In this document: positions 1 through 8,781 of the stretch, in pieces | Position numbering within the stretch: position 1 is the stretch's first letter | Layout of the letters: the number at the start of each line of letters is the position of its first letter | Source: Erysipelotrichaceae bacterium | Lineage (GTDB): Bacteria; Bacillota_I; Bacilli_A; Erysipelotrichales; Erysipelotrichaceae | Assembly (NCBI GenBank): GCA_963663995.1 | Contig: OY760660.1 | Location: 120,001-152,000 of the forward strand | DNA: 32,000 nucleotides | Direction: 5' to 3' | Program-made: the position numbers and the translations under genes | Notes under the pieces: generated by a model | Told to the model about the DNA's origin: nothing | The model's input: the letters and a program-made list of their open reading frames with translations, nothing else | Databases searched by the model: none

Positions 1-93
1 GATAAAAGAAGTTATTCAAGAAATTGAGGTTTTATTTCAATGTTTGCTAGGAGTTAACTCTAAATGATATAGTTTTAAAAATGGAGAATTTCA

Positions 94-897
94 ATGAAAT
101 ATACTGATTCAAAACAAGCTCAAGTTTCTGACACGATTAAAATCTCAGAAGAGTCATTTTATAAAACCAATGGAACATCAATTTACTGGCTAGGCGGTGC
201 TGGTGAATTCATCAACTCACGTGGAACTACGATTATGTTAGATCCCGTTCTTAGAGACTTTGATATGCCACTTCTTTATGAAATGCCTATATTAACAGAA
301 GAGGTACCGGTATTAGACGCTATTTTGATTACCCATGATGATAATGATCATTATAGTGTACCCACTTGTTTAGATTTGAAGGACAAATGCAAAGCATACC
401 ATGCACCTAACTATGTGGCTGATTTAATGAAACAACATGGCTTAGATTCAATTAAACATACCATTAATGACGTTTTTAAAGTAAATGATATTTCTATCAA
501 ATTAACCACTGCTGATCATGCTTGGAAAAATGATTATCCAAAATATGGAAGACAATATGCCTTTGAAGATTATTGTGGATATTGGATTGATACTCCTGAT
601 GGAAGCATATGGGCAATTGGGGATTCAAGATTATTAGAAGAACAATTGCATATGCCTGAACCTGATGTTATTTTCTTTGATTTTTCAGATAGTAGTTGGC
701 ACATTGGTTTTGATAACGCGATCAAATTAGCGAACACCTATTCGAATTCCGCATTACTGTTATGTCATTGGGGTTGTGTTGATGCGCCTACAATGACACC
801 ATTCAATGCTGATCCACAAGATTTATTAGATAAAGTTGTTAACCCAAATAGAATTCACATTCTTGCACCAGGTGAAGAATTTATTCTAAAAAAATGA
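94..897 (+). CDS. MBL-fold metallo-hydrolase (UlaG-like family)
   Basis: 267-aa ORF with a GGAG RBS at 83-86. 'AILITHDDNDHYS' sits where MBL-fold enzymes carry the HxHxDH metal motif (variant form). Further His/Asp ligand candidates are 'TADHAW' and 'LLCHWG'. Family-level call only. Confidence 0.7.
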   Translation: MKYTDSKQAQVSDTIKISEESFYKTNGTSIYWLGGAGEFINSRGTTIMLDPVLRDFDMPLLYEMPILTEEVPVLDAILITHDDNDHYSVPTCLDLKDKCKAYHAPNYVADLMKQHGLDSIKHTINDVFKVNDISIKLTTADHAWKNDYPKYGRQYAFEDYCGYWIDTPDGSIWAIGDSRLLEEQLHMPEPDVIFFDFSDSSWHIGFDNAIKLANTYSNSALLLCHWGCVDAPTMTPFNADPQDLLDKVVNPNRIHILAPGEEFILKK

Positions 898-954
898 AAC
901 GACTTTATAAAATGCTAAATAGTCTAATCGAGTTTCCCAAGGTATAATAATTCT

Positions 955-1806
955 ATGAATATTATTTCTAAGATGAAACAACTTAAACATTTAACACCAA
1001 ATGAACAAACATTAGTAGATTTCATTTTGAAAGATATCGATTATTTTTTAAAGCTAAAGCGAAAAGATATTGCGGTTGAGGCGTTTGTTTCTGTCTCAAC
1101 CATTTATCGTTTAGTTGATAAATTAAAGTTAAATGGGATCAATGAATTTAAAATTGAGTTATTGTCTTCCTTGCAAGAATCAGGTTTTGATACTAATAAA
1201 TTGGATTATAATTTCCCAGTTGATGAATCAGATACGATTCAAGAAATTATCAGTTCTTTAAAGCAACTTGAAAGTAAAACGATTGAAGAAACAATGTTTC
1301 TTTTTGATGCTGATTCTTTGGTCGAAATTGTAAACCGCATGAATGAATCTAGTATGATTAATATTTATACTTCTTCATCGAATATTCATTTTGCTAAGAA
1401 TTTTCAATTTCAAATGAGCGAAATTGGGAAATATGTAAATGTACCTGAAGAGAATTATTTTCAAAGATTATCTGCCGCAAACAGCAATGAATCACACTTT
1501 TCAATCATAATGTCGTTTGGTGGAAGAGGTAAAACAAGTCAAGAAGTTATTGATATTTTAAGGGAGAAGAATCAAGATTTTTTACTCATTGGATCTTCTG
1601 AAAATAATTGGTCTAAACATGCAAAATATAATATTACAATTCCATCTTTAGAGGATCATTACAATAAAATTTCATCCTTTGTTACTCGGCAATCGTTGCT
1701 TTATATTTTCGATATCCTTTATACAAGTCTATTTAATCTAAATTATGACGAAAATCTTAAGTTTAAATTAGAAAACTATAAAAGAATAAATTCAAAATTG
1801 GACTAA
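955..1806 (+). CDS. MurR/RpiR-family transcriptional regulator (HTH + SIS domain)
   Basis: 283 aa. N-terminal helix-turn-helix region 'AVEAFVSVSTIYRLVDKLKLNG' is typical of the RpiR HTH_6 domain. The C-terminal about 150 aa has the layout of a SIS sugar-phosphate sensor domain. A perfect TATAAT lies at 943-948, just upstream. Confidence 0.8.
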   Translation: MNIISKMKQLKHLTPNEQTLVDFILKDIDYFLKLKRKDIAVEAFVSVSTIYRLVDKLKLNGINEFKIELLSSLQESGFDTNKLDYNFPVDESDTIQEIISSLKQLESKTIEETMFLFDADSLVEIVNRMNESSMINIYTSSSNIHFAKNFQFQMSEIGKYVNVPEENYFQRLSAANSNESHFSIIMSFGGRGKTSQEVIDILREKNQDFLLIGSSENNWSKHAKYNITIPSLEDHYNKISSFVTRQSLLYIFDILYTSLFNLNYDENLKFKLENYKRINSKLD

Positions 1807-1834
1807 AAAACTATCTTTCGATAGTTTTTTAGTC
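1801..1834. terminator. bidirectional rho-independent terminator between convergent genes
   Basis: Perfect 15-bp stem GACTAAAAAACTATC (1801-1815) / GATAGTTTTTTAGTC (1820-1834) with loop TTTC. There is an A6 run on one side and a T6 run on the other, so it reads as a terminator on both strands. Confidence 0.8.
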
Positions 1835-1841
1835 GTATAAC

Positions 1842-2675
1842 CTACAAATATCTTTCGATGACCTTGGCGATACCATCTTCATCGTTAGAGCTAGTAATTT
1901 CTTGTGCCACTTTTTTTAATTCTTCAACGGCATTTTCCATCGCAACCCCGTGGCCAGCAAACTTGATAATAGATAAGTCATTTTGACCATCACCAAATGC
2001 AATACAATCTTCTGCATTTATTCCCATAGGTGTTAATACAGCATGCAGGGCATTTCCTTTATCAATTCCATTAGCAGTGAATTCATAATAGAAAGCAGCT
2101 GTAAACATTGAACTTAATTCGTTTTCAAATGGTTTTCTTATTGCTTCAAAATTTTTAGCTAAATAGTCAGGATCACCAGCTATTAAAATTTTATTCAATT
2201 CAAAATCAGCAAATGCAGCTAAATCATTTTTTTCACACAATAAATATTTCCCACCACGTGATTCATATTCAATAATGTTTATGTCATTACCTTTATGGCT
2301 AATTTTATTGTTATAAACATTATTGACATACATTGTGTCATCCTTGGCAATCATTGGTATAACGTCGAATTTCTTTAAGTGCTCTAATACTGCTTTAACT
2401 TCTTCTACAGTCATTGCTTGATTAAATAAGAGTTCGTTAGTTTGACAATCATAGACAGCCGCTCCATTGTATGAAACAAGAAGTCCATCATGTTCGTCCA
2501 TTTTTAATTGTTTCGCAACATCTACCATACCTCTTGCAGGACGCCCAGAAGCTAAAATTAATTTAACTCCGTTATCTTGAGCTTGTAGTAATGCTTCTAG
2601 TGTGCGCGGACTAATATTCTTTTTAGATGTATATAAGGTGCCATCAATATCTAATATAATTGCTTTTAAATTCAT
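1842..2675 (-). CDS. Cof-type HAD-IIB family sugar phosphatase
   Basis: 277 aa. HAD motif I 'ILDIDGTLY', motif II 'ASGR', motif IV 'FGDGQNDLSI', and a cap region of Cof/YidA size. Confidence 0.9.
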   Translation of the reverse strand: MNLKAIILDIDGTLYTSKKNISPRTLEALLQAQDNGVKLILASGRPARGMVDVAKQLKMDEHDGLLVSYNGAAVYDCQTNELLFNQAMTVEEVKAVLEHLKKFDVIPMIAKDDTMYVNNVYNNKISHKGNDINIIEYESRGGKYLLCEKNDLAAFADFELNKILIAGDPDYLAKNFEAIRKPFENELSSMFTAAFYYEFTANGIDKGNALHAVLTPMGINAEDCIAFGDGQNDLSIIKFAGHGVAMENAVEELKKVAQEITSSNDEDGIAKVIERYL

Positions 2676-2834
2676 AAGATCTCCTTTATCTTACAAATTT
2701 TAACAATAATTTTTTCTTTTGTGCATAAACTACAAAGTTTTGAAAAAAGATTATCAAAACACATGGTAATTGACTTAAAAAGTGAAAAATATGTTTCAAT
2801 TAAATAAGCTAGAATATTTATTGAGGATTATAAA

Positions 2835-3659
2835 ATGAAAGACTTTCATGTACATACAGAATTTAGTGATGATTCTATCTATCCAATTGAAGAAGTCGTT
2901 AAAGATGCAATTATATTAGGCATAGATGAACTTTGTTTTACAGATCATATTGATTATGGCGTAAAACTTGAGTTTAATGATCCAAATGTGAAAATTTTAA
3001 ATGGCAAAAAATTTGCAAATGTAGACTATCCTAATTTCTACAAAGTTTTTGATGAACTATCAAAAAAATATCAAAATCAAATTTCACTTAGAAAAGGTTT
3101 TGAGTTTGGGATACAAAAACATACCATCAAGCAATTTCAAACATTATTTAATTCAAATGATTTTGATTTTATAATTTTGTCTATTCATCAAGTCGACAAC
3201 AAAGAATTTTGGACTTATGAATATCAAGAAGACAAAACACAAGATGAATATAATTTTGGCTATTATCATGAATTTTTGAAAGTAATCAAAACATTTAAAG
3301 ATTATTCAGTACTTGGCCATTTAGATATGATTCGACGTTATGACAAAGTAGGAAAGTATCCTTTTGAAAAAATTAAACCCATTGTGACTGAAATACTCAA
3401 ACAAGTGATAAAAGATGGAAAGGGGATTGAAGTCAATACGTCTTCATTTAGATATAATTTAGATGATTTAATGCCGTCTACAGATATTCTTAAGTTATAT
3501 AAGGAATTAGGTGGAAATATCATTACCATTGGTAGTGATTCACATAAAAAAGAACATTTGGGTTCAAATATTGAAAAAGTCATGAAGATGCTTAAAAGTT
3601 TAGGTTTTGAAACTTATTGTAGTTTCGAAAAGATGAAAGCTATTCATCATAAGTTATAG
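2835..3659 (+). CDS. PHP-domain phosphatase, HisJ (histidinol-phosphatase) family
   Basis: 274 aa. The PHP metal-binding signature is spread along the protein: 'DFHVHTEFSDDS', 'CFTDHIDY', 'ILSIHQ', 'LGHLD', 'GSDSHK'. Confidence 0.8.
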   Translation: MKDFHVHTEFSDDSIYPIEEVVKDAIILGIDELCFTDHIDYGVKLEFNDPNVKILNGKKFANVDYPNFYKVFDELSKKYQNQISLRKGFEFGIQKHTIKQFQTLFNSNDFDFIILSIHQVDNKEFWTYEYQEDKTQDEYNFGYYHEFLKVIKTFKDYSVLGHLDMIRRYDKVGKYPFEKIKPIVTEILKQVIKDGKGIEVNTSSFRYNLDDLMPSTDILKLYKELGGNIITIGSDSHKKEHLGSNIEKVMKMLKSLGFETYCSFEKMKAIHHKL

Positions 3660-3673
3660 CTAGAAGGTATTCT

Positions 3674-4855
3674 ATGAGTCAAAGTAAACGAAAGAATTTA
3701 ATTGTATTAATTATTATATATATTGCTTTCATCTCTTTAGGTTTGCCAGATGCTTTATTAGGTTCATCTTGGAATTTGATGAGAATAGATTTAGGTCAGA
3801 AACTCAGCACAATTGGTTTTATAACCGCAACAACTTATATTCTCACGCTTACATCAACATTTTTCTCGCCAAAACTATTATCGTTTTTTCAAACAAAAAT
3901 GATTGTTTTTTTCAGCATATTGTTGGCAGGTACAGCCATAATTACGATTAGTAATGTATCAAATTTTGTACTATTAGTATTATTAACGATACCACTTGGG
4001 TTTGGTGCAGGCGCAATAGATCTATCATTAAATCATTATGTATCAATACACTATAAAGCGAGTCATATGAGTTTTTTACATGGATTCTATGGAATAGGGG
4101 TTACAACAGGTCCTTTAATCATGGCAAAGGCTTTGGAATACAATACCTGGCGTATAGGCTATTTGACGGTGGGTATCATCTTATTAGTCATCGCTTTATT
4201 AGTTTTAATTACTTTTCCATTTTGGTTTAATGAAGATCAAAAACATCAAGAGGAGTATCATGGGAAAATTTCCATTAAAGAAGTTTTCTTCACTAAAGGT
4301 GTTATTCCTAGTATTTTAATTTTTATGTTTTATGTTCATATAGAATCATTTATGAGTATTTTCATTGCCAGTTATGTTCATCTTGTAAAGAATTTTAGTT
4401 TGTCACAATCCGCTTTAGCGACTATGGTTTATTTTTTAGCACTAACTATTGGGCGTTTTACAAGTGGTTTTATTTCAAATCATGTGAAGCCAACATCATT
4501 AATTAAAGTTGGTGAACTATTTATTTTATTAGGTGCAGTACTCCTAATCTTAAAGCTTAATAATCTTTATGTAATCTACTTATTTGTATTCTTAATTGGT
4601 TTTGGTTCAGGACCAATTTATCCAAATATGATGCATTTGAATTCTAAGAATTTTAATCGACAAAAAGTGAGTCGAATTATGAGTCTTCAAATGATGATTG
4701 GTTATTTAGGTTTTGGTGCACTAACACCTTTGATGGGCTTAGTTCTTGATAATATTTCAATTTCACTTTACCCATTTATTTTAGTAACAATTAGTATTAG
4801 TTTATATTTATTAACTATTTATTACCTAAGTTTGAAACTAGATGAGAAATCGTAG
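3674..4855 (+). CDS. MFS transporter
   Basis: 393 aa and almost entirely hydrophobic, with about 11-12 helix-length segments and a central hydrophilic loop ('NEDQKHQEEYHGK'). Starts 15 nt after the PHP gene, so it is probably co-transcribed. Confidence 0.8.
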   Translation: MSQSKRKNLIVLIIIYIAFISLGLPDALLGSSWNLMRIDLGQKLSTIGFITATTYILTLTSTFFSPKLLSFFQTKMIVFFSILLAGTAIITISNVSNFVLLVLLTIPLGFGAGAIDLSLNHYVSIHYKASHMSFLHGFYGIGVTTGPLIMAKALEYNTWRIGYLTVGIILLVIALLVLITFPFWFNEDQKHQEEYHGKISIKEVFFTKGVIPSILIFMFYVHIESFMSIFIASYVHLVKNFSLSQSALATMVYFLALTIGRFTSGFISNHVKPTSLIKVGELFILLGAVLLILKLNNLYVIYLFVFLIGFGSGPIYPNMMHLNSKNFNRQKVSRIMSLQMMIGYLGFGALTPLMGLVLDNISISLYPFILVTISISLYLLTIYYLSLKLDEKS

Positions 4856-4866
4856 GATAAAAAAAT

Positions 4867-5592
4867 CTATATCTCAAATTTTTCTCCACGATGATGTATC
4901 AACTTGATCTTTGGATTTTGGTCGTATCCATCTCTAGTTAACCACTGCTCATACTGCCATTTATCAGCAAAGTGCATTGGGAATATAATGCTTTCGGGAT
5001 GGATTTTTTTACTGAAGTAGTCAAGGTTTAAAGCGTAATTTTTCTCAAGTCTTGGATCAACGGGTAAAAAGGCAATATCGACAGGTATTGCTTTTAATTT
5101 ATCCATTTCCTTAAAATAGATTTCTTCAATTCCATCAATCCACTCTTGATCTTCATCTTCCCATTTCCACCAATTTAGATCTCCTGCAAAAAAGACATTG
5201 TTGTTTTTTAGACTAATATGAAAGGCAATACCTTCATCATTGGATTGAAAGGTACGTACTCTTAGCTCATCGATTTGTTTATCTACATTGGGCTCAAGGA
5301 AGTGAACATCTGATGAAGTATTTGTTTTGATATCAGATGAAAAGATATAAGTGATGTTTTTTATTGTTTCTCGCCACTTAAAGATGAGTGGATTAAAGTG
5401 ATCGTGGTGTCGATGGCTAGAAAAAACAAAGACTTTTAAATCTTTTATTTCGACGGGATTAATCACACCGTTATATATGCTACGTTTATTTGATACAGGG
5501 CTGTCATTAAAATAATCGAAAATTAGAAAGACATCTTCAATTTGAAGGGCAAAACTACTGTGATAGAGATACCATATCTTAACGGATGTCAT
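4867..5592 (-). CDS. MBL-fold metallo-hydrolase
   Basis: 241 aa. Canonical HxHxDH motif in 'VFSSHRHHDHFNP'. The start ATG overlaps the stop of the upstream VOC gene by 1 nt (TAATG). Confidence 0.7.
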   Translation of the reverse strand: MTSVKIWYLYHSSFALQIEDVFLIFDYFNDSPVSNKRSIYNGVINPVEIKDLKVFVFSSHRHHDHFNPLIFKWRETIKNITYIFSSDIKTNTSSDVHFLEPNVDKQIDELRVRTFQSNDEGIAFHISLKNNNVFFAGDLNWWKWEDEDQEWIDGIEEIYFKEMDKLKAIPVDIAFLPVDPRLEKNYALNLDYFSKKIHPESIIFPMHFADKWQYEQWLTRDGYDQNPKIKLIHHRGEKFEI

Positions 5593-5967
5593 TATTTATC
5601 CTTTTTACGAACGATTTCTAACCAGAAGCCATCAGGATCTTCAATAAAGTATAGTCCCATCTCAACATTTTCATAACAGATGACATTGTTCTTTTTGTGA
5701 AATGCATACGCTGCATCGTAATCATCAACTTCAAAACAGAGATGGATTTCATTATCACCTAGATTATAGGGTTTTTCCCAATCTCTGAACCAAGTTAGTT
5801 CAAGTTGATGTTTTGATTCACCATCACTTAAAAAGACAAGTATAAAAACTTCCATCAGCTGCTGACTTTCGTTTAACTTCAGTTAATCCAAGATTTTCTT
5901 TATAGAATGCAATGCTCTTATCTAAATCAAATGAGCTTAAGTTATTATGGGAAAAATTGAATTTCAT
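5592..5967 (-). pseudogene. glyoxalase I / VOC-family protein, disrupted by a +1 frameshift
   Basis: The N-terminal 47 codons (ATG at 5967-5965) read 'MKFNFSHNNLSSFDLDKSIAFYKENLGLTEVKRKSAADGSF...' and hit a stop. The listed 87-aa ORF continues the same fold ('ILVFLSDGESKHQLELTW...GLYFIEDPDGFWLEIV') in the next frame. The join lies in an A5 run at 5844-5848 (T5 on the coding strand). Removing one base restores '...AADGSFILVFLSDGE...'. Confidence 0.75.
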
Positions 5968-5969
5968 TT

Positions 5970-7500
5970 ATATCGTATTATCGATTTAGGTTAGTAAATC
6001 GATAAATTCCTTTCCTAGCCTAATTTATTTTTAAGGGATATCGTTAGGCCAATACGATATGCTTAAGTTGCACTGTGGATTTGTTTCATTTCAATACAGC
6101 TTTGACTGTTTAGGAGAAATTCTTACCACAGTTCTTTTTTTAATGTTGATAGAGTAGATGAACACTTAGATGTTTGATAAAGCACGAAATGACATGAAGA
6201 GAACGCTTGTGGGTTAAACAACAGTGCAGACAACACAAGGAGGTGTTTTTATGACCTACTGGATTGGCATCGATATTGCCAAACACAAACATGACTGTTT
6301 CATCATGAATCATCATGGTGAAGTCATCCGTGATTCCTTTTCGTTTTCAAACAATCGAAGTGGATTCACACAACTTTTAGAGATTCTTTTGTCTTTAGAC
6401 TCAACTCAAGAAAAAAGGATAGGGTTTGAGTCAACGAGTCATTACGCAATGAATCTCAAGTTTTTTCTTGATAAGAATGAATTGTCCTTTATGGAATTCA
6501 ATCCGCTTCTTGTCAAACGGTTCTCGAAGGCTAGCACCCTTCGAAAAACCAAAACCGATAAAGTAGATGCCAAACAAATCGCTTTCTACTTATCTACTGT
6601 GGAATACAAACCCTATCCAAACAAATCCTATCACATCAATCACCTGAAATCATTAACACGTCATCGTGATGATTTGATTAAACTAAGATCTGTTCAATTG
6701 GTTTATATGACCAATATGTTGGATCGCTTATTCCCTGAGTTTAAGCCCTTTTTCAAGCATTCACTTAAATCTAAGACTTGTTTATATCTCTTAGACAACT
6801 ACTCATCACCTTCAAAGCTTTCGCGAATGAATCTAGAGTCTTATCATAAGATGACTTTCTACTTTAAAGAGAACGTTATCTTATGCTCGTTTCTGTGAAC
6901 TTAAAGACTTAGCTAAGAATACGATAGGTGAAGAGGATCCCATCCTTGTCTTTCAATTGAATCAACACTTACTGGCTTACCACTTTTTGGATAAACAAGT
7001 AAATGAGGTTGAATCCTACATTACTGAAGAGTTTTCTCATATCCATACCATTAAGGGTATTGGTTTATTTTCAGCTGCCACTATCTTCTCAGAATTTGGT
7101 GGTGTAGAACGCTTTTCTTCACCTGATCAACTTTTGGCGTATGCTGGTCTTGAACCATCGCGCCATCAATCTGGAATCAGTGAATCAACAGGTTATATGG
7201 TCAAACATGGCTCACCTTACTTAAGACAATCATTAATGAATGTGTTGTAACACTCTACTCATCTATAACCCCATTCTCTATGACTACTATAAGAAGAAAC
7301 GGGATGAAGGTAAGCATCATCGTGTGTGGCACTTTCACATGTCGCCAAACGTTTAGTTCGGATCATCTATCATTTAGAAACTCATCATTGTGATTTTGAC
7401 TTAAATAAAATGGGCTAGCATTTTTCTAATCAATTCACTCATTTTTTCAATTTGTGCTCACTTGAGTTCTTTTCATCATCCGTTTATTCATCTTTTATTG
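5970..7500 (+). mobile_element. IS110-family insertion sequence relic (boundaries approximate)
   Basis: Contains a DEDD-type IS110 transposase reading frame (6251-7418) with an unusually long structured 5' non-coding arm, as is typical for the IS110 group. The left limit is guessed from the inverted repeats that start 3 nt from the VOC gene ATG. The right limit is guessed from the usual 1.1-1.56 kb family size. No terminal IRs are expected for this family. Confidence 0.5.
6251..7418 (+). pseudogene. IS110-family transposase (DEDD N-terminal domain + Transposase_20 C-terminal domain) with at least 3 frameshifts
   Basis: AAGGAGG RBS at 6236-6242. The N-terminus 'MTYWIGIDIAKHKHDCFIM' is the IS110 DEDD motif. 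'IKGIGLFSAATIFSEFGGVERFSSPDQLLAYAGLEPSRHQSG' is the C-terminal HhH motif. The frame changes near 6853, near 7245 and near 7325 (GTGTG). The last piece, 'VALSHVAKRLVRIIYHLETHHCDFDLNKMG', stops at 7416-7418. Confidence 0.85.
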
Positions 7501-7587
7501 TTTTTTTGTTTTCTCTCTTGATTTTTAATAGTTAATTTCTCCCTATTTTTATTTATGAATATAGCATACTGTTTATCTTGTAGATTA

Positions 7588-7635
7588 TCAAAAAAAGAAC
7601 TAAATACGTGATATTCATCCAAGTATTTAGTTCTT
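7588..7635 (-). terminator. rho-independent terminator of the FTR1 gene
   Basis: On the minus strand the stem is AAGAACTAAATAC (7635-7623) / GTATTTAGTTCTT (7607-7595), followed by a T run (A run 7589-7594 on the plus strand). It lies 12 nt after the stop codon. Confidence 0.8.
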
Positions 7636-7646
7636 CTATCTACATA

Positions 7647-8464
7647 TTAGAATTTTTTTCTTTTCCAGATTAGAAATAGACTTGTGATATACCCATACTG
7701 TAGTAGTATGAATTGAATCCATTCTGGTTTTGAATACCATCCAAATACTACAAATAATGGTAATCCAACTAAACCTTCTTTGTGATTTAAAACAGTACTA
7801 GATAAATCAAATGCTTTTATCAGTAACCAACTATCAGGGTTTAATAAATTAAGTGCTTTTAATGCAGATAAACCTTCATGAATAGCGTAACCAAATAAGA
7901 AACCCGCTTGTAGGATTAGGTATACTAGAGTCAAATTAAAGAGTGTTCTTAAGTTAACTTTTATCAGTGATTTATAGATTAGTAATGCGAGAACACTGGC
8001 TAAACCAACCCCAGCAATAATTGAGAGTAATGTATATTGTCCAGCAAAGCTAAAGATGGCAATTTCAGCACCTTCACGCGTCACCATGATAAAGGCAAGG
8101 CTAATTAATCCAATATGAGAAAAAACGTGTGTCTACTTGTTTATGAATATCCTCAACCATCGTTTTTGAGTGTTTCATCATCCAGTAAATAAAAGTCGTG
8201 ATAAGTACCAAAGCAATTAAACTAGTTCCACTTTCCCAAAGTTTTGATACTTCATCCGTTTTTTGTATGAATGACGATACATAATAAAGTGTTGCACCAA
8301 TTAGTATTGATGAAAAGACACCGGAAACAGCCCCATAAAAGAAAAACTTTTTATATTCATTCTTTTGAATATGTGAAAGATACTGCAAAATAATTGAAAC
8401 CACTAAAAAGGCTTCAAGCCCCTCCCTAAACCCCATAATAAATCCAGGGTACAAAGGATGTCAT
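7647..8464 (-). pseudogene. FTR1/EfeU-family iron permease, split by frameshifts
   Basis: Two adjacent ORFs each carry one RExxE iron-binding motif ('MGFREGLEAF' and 'MVTREGAEIA'). Their combined length of about 270 aa matches one 7-TM FTR1 protein. The junction lies in a T6 run on the coding strand, 'ACGTTTTTTCTC' (about 8120-8125). One base fewer gives '...VDTRFSHIGLISLAFIMVTREGAE'. A GGAG-preceded ATG at 8464 gives 'MTSFVP' and goes out of frame in a CCC run (8447-8449). Correcting it gives 'MTSFVPGFIMGFREGLEA', which closely resembles the E. coli EfeU N-terminus. Confidence 0.8.
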
Positions 8465-8781
8465 AAAATCTCCATTTCTCTAATTTACAAGACTAACAAA
8501 TAAATTATTCAAATATACTCGAGCCTTGTAGATACATATTCAAACCTTTATGAATGGAAATTTCAAGTAATATGATAATTAAAAAGGGTTTAGTAATAAC
8601 ATTTAAAACATTTATAAAATAAACAATTACTATAAAAACTAATTAAATATAGCTAAGATTATAAATATTCATAAATAAAAATATTGATATAACAAGTTAA
8701 ATGTATTGGTTTAAATAAGTTGAATTTAATGTATAATAAAGATAGTTATTTTAATTGATAAAAAATTAACAAAGGAGAATT

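Noticed and set aside
8497-8515. A possible Fur box (ACAAATAAATTATTCAAAT) upstream of the FTR1 iron permease.
   Set aside because: It has only a partial resemblance to the TGATAATNATTATCA-type consensus. In an intergenic region this AT-rich, such a match is expected by chance.
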